29,694 nucleotides of DNA, taken from positions 1 through 29,694 of the forward strand of contig CAZUBM010000023.1 in the NCBI GenBank assembly GCA_964618805.1. Reading direction: 5' to 3'. This document shows, one piece after another, positions 19,974 through 28,475 of this stretch (its first letter is position 1; every line of letters starts with the position of its first letter). The notes beneath the pieces are model-generated. The model was not told where the DNA came from. It saw nothing but the letters and a program-made list of their open reading frames with translations, and did not search any database. A program made the translations under genes and the position numbers. Origin of the DNA: an uncultured Nitrososphaerota archaeon. GTDB lineage: Archaea; Korarchaeota; Korarchaeia; Korarchaeales; Korarchaeaceae.

Positions 19974-21206
19974 ATGGAGAGGTCTCAATTAGAAGAATTG
20001 TGGCAAAAAGAATTGGAAAAAGCAAATAATATCAAAAATAAAATTAAAAAAGATAAAATTTCTTGTAAACTTTTTTATCCAGAATTTTCTGATATTAAGC
20101 CTCCCTATACCTATCGCCCGCATGGAATAAAAGTTACAGAGATAATCTCGTTTAACAAAACCTTAATTGTGAACATTAGACCAATCAAAAAACCGCAAAG
20201 TTTCAAGGAAGAATATGGTCTAAGCGTAAACGACCTAATTTGGTTATATGAGAAGAGAAGAGTAGTGTTTAGAGTATCTAAACCTCACTATAGTTATGCA
20301 AATCTAGATTATCTAGATCCTATTTTGGAGTTATCTCCTCCTTACGCTGGAAGACATAGATTACTACGTATATTTCCCAATACCTACGAGAAATGGTGTA
20401 GAGAGATCTGGGAAGTCTTAGGTAGCTATTCAAGTGACCAAGAGCTTCTTACTTCTAAGGTTCTACAAATGCTTTATGGAAAAGATTTACATCCGCTATC
20501 TTCTTTTAAAGAAGCTCTTCAACGTTACTATGCAGAACTCTGTTATTTTCTAGGACCTAACTATACTAGAGAGCTAGTTAAGAGTGCTCTCTCAGGAACA
20601 ATCTCACAGATTTCGCAGCTAGATGCCGCTATACTTAGCTTAAGATCCTACTCCTATTTTCTAATTTGGCCACATACCTGTTGCTTAGACGGTATTAACA
20701 CAGTACCTAGCGATACTCTCAAATTTTTAAGAAAGGCAGGGCTTTTGCCTGTAGAGAAGCTTAAAGTTTTTCCCTATGAGATTGGACGAGCACTAATTGA
20801 TCATTTTAGACTTAATATGCCTCAGGATCTAGACCTGGCTATCGAGATTAGTCCTAAGAAATGGTTTATAGCACTAAATGAGTTAGAACGTCTTATAGAG
20901 AGCCGTGAGCTAGATAGAGTAGGTGACTCTGTTCAGAATATAAAGAATGTGTTAAGAGAACTTAATGAGGAAATAAGAGCAATAAAAAGGAGAAAACAAC
21001 GTTTAAATGAAGCTTCGATCCTACTGGGAGTAACTGGGGTTCTTATGGGTCTTATAAGGGGTCCTGGTATTATTCAGTCGCTACTAAGTATTGCAAGCCC
21101 TATAATTCCTCAAATATTTGATGAAATTGTTTTAAGATTTACCAAACCTAATCACATTCTTATTCTTTATGAAATACAACGAGAACTTGATACTTACAGG
21201 AAATAA
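19974..21206 (+). CDS. Hypothetical protein, AT-rich, with a C-terminal coiled coil and hydrophobic hairpin
   Basis: 410-aa ORF with an upstream GGGAGG ribosome-binding site; no motif recognised. Confidence 0.8.
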   Translation: MERSQLEELWQKELEKANNIKNKIKKDKISCKLFYPEFSDIKPPYTYRPHGIKVTEIISFNKTLIVNIRPIKKPQSFKEEYGLSVNDLIWLYEKRRVVFRVSKPHYSYANLDYLDPILELSPPYAGRHRLLRIFPNTYEKWCREIWEVLGSYSSDQELLTSKVLQMLYGKDLHPLSSFKEALQRYYAELCYFLGPNYTRELVKSALSGTISQISQLDAAILSLRSYSYFLIWPHTCCLDGINTVPSDTLKFLRKAGLLPVEKLKVFPYEIGRALIDHFRLNMPQDLDLAIEISPKKWFIALNELERLIESRELDRVGDSVQNIKNVLRELNEEIRAIKRRKQRLNEASILLGVTGVLMGLIRGPGIIQSLLSIASPIIPQIFDEIVLRFTKPNHILILYEIQRELDTYRK

Positions 21207-21319
21207 AGGTACTGCTCGATATAGAATTATCCTTCTTCCAAGAGAGAAATTATTTCAAAGCTTTATTGGAGAAGCTGTCTAATGATCTCTAAGGGAATTT
21301 CAAACTATTCTTATCCTCT

Positions 21320-21470
21320 CTAAAACACAAGTCTAGCTTTTTTGGGGTTTATTCTAAAAGCCATGCCATTGTCATAAGTTCTTCCATCAGGTTATTGGTC
21401 AATTCTTAAATCAATACAAAATAGTACCATCGTTTATCAGCTCTTTAAATCTCTCAAAATCAAAAGTCCT
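21320..21470 (-). pseudogene. Degraded C-terminus of an MvaI/BcnI-family restriction endonuclease
   Basis: Across frameshifts it reads FDFERFKELINDGTI / IDLRIDQ*PDGRTYDNGMAFRINPK / KLDLCF, resembling the DxRIxxxxxGxxHDHGTxFR C-terminal motif of that family. Confidence 0.6.
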
Positions 21471-21483
21471 TCACTTCATTCTA

Positions 21484-21531
21484 AGGTGGGAGGAGGTTTA
21501 GATGCTTGTAAGAGGAAAGGACTTTTTCTAG
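21484..21531 (+). pseudogene. Repeated small ORF family, copy 5 (3' fragment, frameshifted)
   Basis: RWEE / LDACKRKGLF. Confidence 0.75.
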
Positions 21532-21554
21532 ATGCACTAGCCCACCTAATGTGA

Positions 21555-21710
21555 CTACTTAGACCTCTTTTCCACATCTTTGGCTAGCTCTATCAGTCTC
21601 CTTATTATGTCGTCGTAGGTCTCCCCTTTCTTGCCAAGTTCCTTCAGCATCTCCCTCGTCTCCTTCGATATCTGGATTGTCGTGAGTTCCTTCCTGTCCT
21701 TGGGCATCAT
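21555..21710 (-). CDS. Small RHH DNA-binding (VapB-like) protein with no adjacent toxin
   Basis: TTIQISKETREMLKELGKKGETYDDIIRRLIE; start ATG at 21710 or 21707. Confidence 0.85.
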   Translation of the reverse strand: MMPKDRKELTTIQISKETREMLKELGKKGETYDDIIRRLIELAKDVEKRSK

Positions 21711-21814
21711 GGCTATATGACAAGCATGAATTTTAAATCTAATCATATGAAAACTTTTCTTATTAATGATATTTATATATAGTTATATGCTACTAAGTAA
21801 TATTAGAGAAGAGG

Positions 21815-22825
21815 TTGATGCCTGAAAGCCTTAAGAACCCAAAGACTACGCCTGGCGGCAGAAGGATACCACATGACCTCCGAGTAGAGCTTTACTATTT
21901 CGTTAGAGAGCTAAACAAAAACGGGATCGGCTACAGAAGGATCCAGAGGATCGTGAAGGAAAGGTATGGGGTCTGGATAAGCAGGTCCAACATCTCCTAC
22001 TGGGTTCGAGGATTGCACTCCCCCCTCAAAGAGCCCTACAACAAGCCCGACTTCTCAAAGCCGGAGATGGCTTGGATAGCTGGCATGCTTGCTGGAGACG
22101 GCACTATAAAGGTGAGAAAGGAGGGAAGATCCATAGAGCTGAAGGCAAGGGATGAGGAGCTGGTGAAGGAGGCTGCTAGGAAGCTTGCGATCGTGATGGG
22201 AAGGGAGAAGCCATACGCAGTTAACAGGTTGGGGGATGGGAGGTACTACGTCAGCGTTCAGTCGAGGGAGCTTGTAGATCACCTTTCAGTTAGAGAAAAT
22301 CTCCTCAAATACTTAGAGAGGAACCCAAAGGAGTTCATTCAAGCCTTCTTCGACTGCGAGGGGTGCGTTTCGGGCTATATAACTCAAGATGGGCTTTTCA
22401 ACTTCCAGCTCAGTGCGGCAAACACTGATTTAAAAGTTCTTGAAGAGATTCAAAAGGAGCTGAAGATCATGGACGTAACATCCTCGATTTACATTAATCA
22501 TCCAAAAGGTAAAGTGGTCATCACCAGAAAGGGAATTACCGTAGCTAGAAAAGAGTGCTACACCCTGTGCATTAGAGGACTTTTGAATTTTATGGTTTTT
22601 AAGGAGAAGATAGGGTTTTGTATAGCCAGAAAGAGAGAGAAGCTTGCTGATATAGTTGACATCCTCAAGACCTTTGGAAGAGGTCATAGAGCAGCTATTG
22701 AGTGGATTCGAAGATACAAATATGTGGCTGGAAAGGGCCGTGAGAGATGGTATAGGAGAAAAAAGCCGCTCAAGCTGGAGGACGCTGAAAGAGAGTACAG
22801 GAGACACTTAGCCCTTCCTTTGTAG
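21815..22825 (+). CDS. Free-standing HTH plus double-motif LAGLIDADG endonuclease-like protein
   Basis: Motifs WIAGMLAGDG and FIQAFFDCEG keep their acidic residues; ANTD motif; N-terminal HTH. No intein splicing motifs. Confidence 0.9.
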   Translation: MMPESLKNPKTTPGGRRIPHDLRVELYYFVRELNKNGIGYRRIQRIVKERYGVWISRSNISYWVRGLHSPLKEPYNKPDFSKPEMAWIAGMLAGDGTIKVRKEGRSIELKARDEELVKEAARKLAIVMGREKPYAVNRLGDGRYYVSVQSRELVDHLSVRENLLKYLERNPKEFIQAFFDCEGCVSGYITQDGLFNFQLSAANTDLKVLEEIQKELKIMDVTSSIYINHPKGKVVITRKGITVARKECYTLCIRGLLNFMVFKEKIGFCIARKREKLADIVDILKTFGRGHRAAIEWIRRYKYVAGKGRERWYRRKKPLKLEDAEREYRRHLALPL

Positions 22826-23215
22826 GAAAAGAGCGATGGGATAAACTTGTAGGTCTTAATAATAGCCATCCAAAGCTACTCTTTGCAGAAATCACTTACA
22901 TCAGCTCAGCTTGTAAAGATGCTGGGCAAAGCTAAGCTGCGATCAACATAATGCATCATGTAAAGCCGCGTCATCAACACCAGATATAGTAACTAGAAAG
23001 CAATACTAACTTAGGTTCTCGTTCTCATTTCACCTTAGATAACGCTTATCGCTTAATTCACTTACATTTTCAAGAAAAAAGGGAAACTTTTGAAATCTAG
23101 TTTGCGATGATTGAGAAGGGAGTAAAAAATACCCCGAGTTAGATGTAATTCCTTGAATTTAACTTCGTTATAATAAATAAAAAATCTACAAAAACGATAT
23201 AATTAGTTAAAAATT

Positions 23216-23324
23216 TAGCGGGGCGAGGATTTGAACCTCGGACCTCCGGGTTTCGCAGGCTCTCAAGCACGTGCTTGAGAAGCCCTTATGAGCCCGGCGG
23301 GCTACCAGGCTGCCCCACCCCGCT
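23216..23324 (-). tRNA. Initiator tRNA-Met(CAT) with a 35-nt intron (about 23252-23286)
   Basis: AGCGGGG/CCCCGCT acceptor stem with A1-U72; CCGGG-CTCATAA-CCCGG anticodon arm after intron removal; GGTTCAAATCC T-arm; CCA not encoded. Confidence 0.97.
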
Positions 23325-23348
23325 ACCATAAACTGAACCCTCATCTGA

Positions 23349-23356
23349 TTTATAAA
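23349..23356 (-). promoter_or_regulatory. TATA box of tRNA-iMet
   Basis: TTTATAAA lies 25-32 nt upstream of the tRNA 5' end. Confidence 0.65.
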
Positions 23357-23599
23357 GTTTAAAGAGAGTGGATTTCTAAATAAACGGCCTTCTGTTCCCT
23401 ATTTAATTGGAAAAAGTTGAAAGTGCAACTTTTTTGTTTGTGTACCCTAGGAACTAAAGCCAATAGAGGAAGATCCGCCCGCAAGTAATTTAAAATTCCT
23501 CAGGAAATTTCTCGCTATCCGGATCCTCCAAAAGGTTCGGTCATCCAAAATACCACTTAGTAACCATGGCCGCTGTAAATTATCGGAGCGGCTGCGATC

Positions 23600-23980
23600 T
23601 TATGGATCGTGGAGCTCGAAACTCAGGTTCTTACCATCCAAAACCAATTTGACCTTGTTTAGGATGTCTCGGCCTAGGAGCGCATCCCTTCGCCTAGCCC
23701 CTATTACCTCCACCATCCTGCACCCGAAACCATTGAACCAGATGTTTACGAAGTAAGTGTACCTCGAGAGCTCCCTTCCTTCAAAGGAAGTTACGGAGAC
23801 TCGGCTTGCTGGGATGAGCCCTAGCTCGCTTATTGCTCGTTGGGGAAGCACGGTCATGTCTGCTCCGGTATCCAATTTAGCCTGGAGTTCCAGTGAGCGG
23901 TTTGAAAGTGGCTTTGAGACCCTTACTATCATGGAAGGAGCTGGGGGAGAGTGCTCAAGGCTGTACCTGTGCTTCACCAC
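23600..23980 (-). CDS. Retropepsin-like (clan AA) aspartyl protease
   Basis: LDTGADMT catalytic motif and LLGRDIL psi-loop motif in a 126-aa single domain. Confidence 0.9.
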   Translation of the reverse strand: MVKHRYSLEHSPPAPSMIVRVSKPLSNRSLELQAKLDTGADMTVLPQRAISELGLIPASRVSVTSFEGRELSRYTYFVNIWFNGFGCRMVEVIGARRRDALLGRDILNKVKLVLDGKNLSFELHDP

Positions 23981-24251
23981 TGCTCAACTCCGGCGAAGGG
24001 ATCTCCACCCTTCTCTCTCCAGGAGCTACCTTATCTATGTATATTGGAACGTACCCGTATTTCTTGTAGACTGATTCGGCCAGCTTCCCTTTATCCTCGT
24101 CGAACCCAACTACTTCCCTATTGAGGATGGCTACGTACTTCCCAGCATATCTGGGGTCGATTATCAGCCTTTCCCTAATCTTGAGAAAAGCTTCCCTTTC
24201 CTCCTCAATCAGCATGATTTGCTCCAGCTGTTGAGGGTTGACTGAGGACAA
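23955..24251 (-). CDS. DUF5678-like small protein coupled to the protease
   Basis: EREAF...YAGKYVAILNREVVGFDED...YKKYGYVPIYIDKV pattern; overlaps the protease start. Confidence 0.8.
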   Translation of the reverse strand: MSSVNPQQLEQIMLIEEEREAFLKIRERLIIDPRYAGKYVAILNREVVGFDEDKGKLAESVYKKYGYVPIYIDKVAPGERRVEIPSPELSSGEAQVQP

Positions 24252-24396
24252 ACCCTTTTTTCAACGTATTCTCTTATGAGCTCAACTATAACCTCTTTTT
24301 TCTTCCTTCCTCCCCTCGCTGAAGGGAGGGATTTCCGTGAGGTGTACCTTATGACGCTCTCACGTCATAGTGAGTTGTATCTTTCTTCTCGCTTCA

Positions 24397-24693
24397 CTAA
24401 CCCTTTTCATCCAATCTATTTGGCTGCTTCTCCCTCCTCTGCGTTAAACTTGCGATAAATATGAGGATTAAGCCGAGAACTATGCTAACCATTATTTTAA
24501 ATGGCTTGTATATGTCCATGGATAAGAAGAAAGCGAACGCACAAACTCCTGAGACGCAGGATAGTCCGTACATTATTATGTGTGGTTTTAGCACTTCTCT
24601 AATCTCTTTGCCAGTTTTCCTAGCCGTGCTTGCCAAATAACCCAGCCAAACAATGAGGATAAACAAAGCTATCGTAGCAACCAATCCAAGCAT
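24397..24693 (-). CDS. Small three-TM membrane protein
   Basis: Three hydrophobic segments; TAATG coupling with the upstream gene. Confidence 0.7.
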   Translation of the reverse strand: MLGLVATIALFILIVWLGYLASTARKTGKEIREVLKPHIIMYGLSCVSGVCAFAFFLSMDIYKPFKIMVSIVLGLILIFIASLTQRREKQPNRLDEKG

Positions 24694-24875
24694 TAAAATC
24701 CCCTCTCCTCAAAGTACTTGCCAAAGGAAGCGAACATGATCACCAGCAGTATTAGGATCAAGAGCTTCCCAAAATCCGAGAGGTACCTAACGTACTCAAC
24801 TGCCAGATATATCACCCCTGCAATGCACATTAAAATCCCAAATCCGTACAAAACGTAAGTTCTAAGTTGCTTCAA
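24693..24875 (-). CDS. Small two-TM membrane protein
   Basis: 60 aa with two TM helices and an upstream GGAGG. Confidence 0.7.
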   Translation of the reverse strand: MKQLRTYVLYGFGILMCIAGVIYLAVEYVRYLSDFGKLLILILLVIMFASFGKYFEERGF

Positions 24876-24895
24876 TCCAAGATCCCTCCATCGAT

Positions 24896-25348
24896 TTAAT
24901 TGGAAGGTTTTGGGATCGCGGTTTTATGGAAAATCATGTATAATGTTCTTTCAACTTCATTTAACTTTATCCTTAGGATGTATTCCCTGTTGGGCTCAAA
25001 TTCTTCAGTTTCCAATGTCCACTCAATTTCAACGCTTTGAAAGGGCTCTATAGACTTCTTAGTTGAAAGAAGCTTAGTAATTAATTCTTCTTCCTCGAAC
25101 ATCGATACCTCAACGCTTATGATGCACCCCTTGAATCTGTTATTGGAGATCTTGTAGCTGAACCTTAAAACATCCCCGTGCTCCGCTCCAACGTATTTTG
25201 GATGAGGCCTGTCGAAGGCTATTTCTTGCCTCCATCCCCTTCTTATGACGTATAAGGTCTCATGTACACCCATTACAGCGTCAAAGAAGAAAACTGCTGC
25301 AATTCCGAAGATGCACAACAGACCAACGTATAGACTAAGATGTTTCAT
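24896..25348 (-). CDS. Membrane-anchored protein with a beta-sandwich-like domain
   Basis: N-terminal TM followed by alternating beta-strand patterns. Confidence 0.75.
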   Translation of the reverse strand: MKHLSLYVGLLCIFGIAAVFFFDAVMGVHETLYVIRRGWRQEIAFDRPHPKYVGAEHGDVLRFSYKISNNRFKGCIISVEVSMFEEEELITKLLSTKKSIEPFQSVEIEWTLETEEFEPNREYILRIKLNEVERTLYMIFHKTAIPKPSN

Positions 25349-25519
25349 TTTCTTTGAAATTTAACGGATACAATTAATTTAAATGAATCCCTTACTTTCT
25401 AAAAACTCTTCAAATTCCTTTTTCGCCTTCATCTGAACTTAGCTTTTGAATTGTAAGCCACCCTGAACAAGCTAAACGCTTTTACTCAGCACCCAACAAA
25501 GGCCTTGATTTTCGAGGAG

Positions 25520-25553
25520 GGCCGGAGGTCGGGGCTTTAGCCCACCTTCTGTA
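25520..25553 (-). repeat. Duplicate of the rnpB 3' end (att-like), 32/34 identical to 29415-29448
   Basis: GGCCGGAGGTCGGGGCTTTAGCCCACCTTCTGTA versus GGCCGGGGGTCGGGGCTTTAGCCCACCTTTTGTA. Confidence 0.9.
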
Positions 25554-25830
25554 GCGCGCTTTCATTCTGAGCTTAAGGAAGGGCTTCTTAAAAGAGTCCC
25601 AATTTGGTAGGAATTAAATCGGGAGCCCTCTAGTAAGCCCTCAGAACTAAATAAACAGCCTTCTTTCACCAACTCATATCTGAGGATCATATCTTTCTCT
25701 GTGGATAAAAAGAATCCGACTTTCCCTTAAGATATCGACCTAAATCCTTCTAAAGCTTGTTTTAGAGCTCGAAGACACCTCTAGGTTTTCGCCTTTAATC
25801 CTCAAATAAACCCATGGACCCTTGCCATAG

Positions 25831-26416
25831 GTGAGCGTCTTGGATCTAGCCCTCCAAGGAATCCATCGGCTTCTAGAGGTAAGAGAGCTGGTTAAGGAGG
25901 GAAGATATGCCTACTCAGGTAGCTTCAACGCCCCAACTTGGGTGAAAGGAGACGTTCTAGCAGCCTTCCCTTTTAAAGTCAATGGCTACAGGATGACCTG
26001 TGTTGTAAACGAAGAAGTCTTCAACACGTTTGAAGGCATTGTCTTAGCGCGCGCTTACATACGGCTTTCCGTACGGTGAAACAAGCTTCATTGAGGCTTA
26101 TTCTTCCTTCTTGGAGGGTTTTGAAGGGGATTTTGACCTGTTAAAAAGGAGCAGGGCGGTGCTTAGGGACGTCTTGTCCCTTCAGGACTTCGAGTACATG
26201 GTGTGGGTGGAGTGGAAGGAGGGATTCGCTAGGTTTTTGGAGAACAGAGTGAGAAGCCTCCTAGGCTTGGAGGAAAATCACAGGGGAAGAGAGGTTCCCC
26301 TCAACAGGGAAGTCTTCTATGAAGGAGGAGCCCTGCTTGCAGATCTACTCGTTAGTCGGGATGTAAGCTTATACGAGGACCTAGAGAAGCTCTTTTGGGA
26401 GATGTGGAGGCTATAG
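25831..26416 (+). pseudogene. Two short ORFs (25831-26079, 26111-26416), possibly remains of one internally deleted gene
   Basis: Co-oriented ORFs with protein-like composition and an AGCGCGCGCT tract at 26046. No family recognised. Confidence 0.4.
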
Positions 26417-26489
26417 CACTTCATGATGGCTTTTTAGCGGAATGGTTAGTTTTACCTGAGCCGTTGATTCATACCAGTCAGAATGGGGT

Positions 26490-26735
26490 TACAGCCTTCT
26501 AGGCCTCCTTCCTTCAGGGAAGGTATCTTGCCGCTATATAGGTGTCCCCGTTTAGAACATGATCTCATATTTCACAAAGAGGGATGGATCCTTTTCAACC
26601 ATTTTTATCAAGCTTCCTCATGAGCCTGATCAGAGAGTGAGTTCTGGGATACGTTCCTGTTTTAACTAGCCAGCTTGTATTTCAAAAAAGTTGTGAGAAC
26701 GCCGCCATATGCCAGAACTCATCGGTGATCTTCCA
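26490..26735 (-). pseudogene. Degraded HEPN gene
   Basis: Across frameshifts it reads QLFLKYKLA / VKTGTYPRTHSLIRLMRKL ... DTYIAARYLP, matching the HEPN at 12670-13059. Confidence 0.75.
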
Positions 26736-27285
26736 TAGGCTCTAAAATGTTTCAAATTTTGATATTTTAAGTTTTGAGCCGAGGGCACTTAAGGACTTGC
26801 CCAAGAGGAAGCGATAGCTGTTATCGGCCCTTCCTTGTCCATCATAACGTTAGGGATCTATTGTGTAACGGGTTTGGATCCATTTGGTGCTCAGCTTAAG
26901 CTGAGGGCTGAACTCTCCGAACTATTAGATCTTCCGTAGGTGTCGGGCTGATAAATGGTCTCCTGCTCGGTTCGTTAGGAAAGATCTTGCATAGTCCCGG
27001 TAAAAAGCGCGCAGGATCTTCTTCGATGAAAGGAGGTTTAAAGTCAAGCAAAAGAGAGCCTTTTACCTTCAGTTAAATTATATAACTAAAGCTCCTCAAC
27101 TCGAGCTGTGCTGAAGACAGTAGTCTGTGCAAAGTTCGTCAGGAAGGTAAGCTCTCCCAACACCCTATTGTACCATCCCTCGGAGCCGTGCGTGTCATAG
27201 GCATCCACCAAGCCTCTTCAAGGAGGTTAACGTGGGGTAAGGTGATTTAGTTTTTCTCTAAAGAATCCTTTCGAAGCAGATCATA

Positions 27286-27846
27286 TTACTTGTCCCTAGT
27301 TCCTTGAAGGAACTTTTCAATCAGCTTTATGAGGGCTGATCCAGCTATGGAAAAGAGGGCTGCATTGGAGAGCTCGTGAGCTAACGAGAAGGGAATCCCA
27401 GCGATCAATGCTACCTTGAGAGGGATATTGAAAGTGAGGGAGAAAGCGAGGTTTGTGAGGATGTCATAGCACAACGTGCAGAGCAAGCCTATAAGGGCTA
27501 ACTCAGCCTTACCAACTCTAAAGGGATTTTTCCTGATGATTCCCCCCACGATCCCGTAAATGGTCTCAGACAGCATGGTGGCGATCCAGATGGGAAGAAT
27601 CCAGCCGTAAGGGTTAAGGAAGCCGTAAACCATCCAGCTCAACGCTCCGACCATTGCGCCATCCAGTGGGCCAGCTACGAAGCCAGCTACGAAGACTAGC
27701 AGGTCCATGAGTTTAACGTTTGGAATCCATATCAGGGCGTAGTTAGACGATACCGAAAGGGCGACAAGCAGGGCTATCAAAGAAGTTCTCTTGGAGAAGG
27801 CTAAGGTTTTGGCAAGGGGCTTATCGATGTGTCCTCGTAGTACCAA
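27286..27846 (-). CDS. ECF transporter S component, CbrT-like (probably cobalamin)
   Basis: About six TM helices; IPNVKLMD...G motif; YDILTN; GIPFSLAHELSN. Confidence 0.8.
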   Translation of the reverse strand: MVLRGHIDKPLAKTLAFSKRTSLIALLVALSVSSNYALIWIPNVKLMDLLVFVAGFVAGPLDGAMVGALSWMVYGFLNPYGWILPIWIATMLSETIYGIVGGIIRKNPFRVGKAELALIGLLCTLCYDILTNLAFSLTFNIPLKVALIAGIPFSLAHELSNAALFSIAGSALIKLIEKFLQGTRDK

Positions 27847-28247
27847 AGCAATACCTCCTTGTCGCTTACTACGTACTTATCTGCCGCAACTGGACCCTCC
27901 TGCCAGCCACCCCAGTCAGTCCACATCCACCACATCCAGTAAAACGGGTGCTCGTTCTTCAATCCGAAGATGGATTCGACGAACGCTCCCATCCCTGGAT
28001 AGATGGTGTAGTTCACCTCAGCCACCTCCATGGTCAGGTCGAGCAATGTCGAGCCAGCTTGAACCTTGGTCCCGTTGAACCACCTTATCGTTCCGTTCCA
28101 GAACTTTACGCCAAGGTTCACTTCAATTATTTCCTCACTTAAGGCCTCTTTCAGCTCTTTAAGCTGATGATAAGAGTATATTGCGAACATGCTTGAAGAT
28201 ATAGCCCATATCATCAAAATAACAACTGCAATATATGTCTTTCTCAT
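27801..28247 (-). CDS. Membrane-anchored DUF4430 (transcobalamin C-terminal-like) domain protein
   Basis: N-terminal TM; GAFVESIFG...YWMWW...GPVAADKYVVSDKEVLLWYY. ATG at 28247 is the likely start. Confidence 0.8.
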   Translation of the reverse strand: MRKTYIAVVILMIWAISSSMFAIYSYHQLKELKEALSEEIIEVNLGVKFWNGTIRWFNGTKVQAGSTLLDLTMEVAEVNYTIYPGMGAFVESIFGLKNEHPFYWMWWMWTDWGGWQEGPVAADKYVVSDKEVLLWYYEDTSISPLPKP

Positions 28248-28475
28248 TGGATGGATTATCCATCCATGTTTATAATAAATGTTTTGGAACAACCAGAAAG
28301 CCATTTCAAGGGTAAAGGTACTTCACTTAGCTGAACTCCTCTTCCACACCTTTTTAGTCCATTCATGAAAAATCAGCAAGATATTCTGATGGATAATTCA
28401 GGTTCTGGATTGAGGGATTGGTTCCAGGAGCTCTCGTGCCTTAAGCTTTTGAATCCCTCAAGTCAACTTCAAAAC

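Noticed and set aside
18806-22825. LAGLIDADG genes as inteins or intron-encoded ORFs
   Set aside because: No N-terminal Cys/Ser block or C-terminal His-Asn, no host exteins, and no flanking rRNA exons.
26890-26905. 16-bp perfect palindrome CTCAGCTTAAGCTGAG
   Set aside because: Real but isolated in decayed DNA, with no linked gene start or second copy seen.
28250-28470. Cobalamin riboswitch upstream of the DUF4430/ECF pair
   Set aside because: No B12-box or GGGAA core is visible, and a TATA-like element lies immediately upstream of the start.
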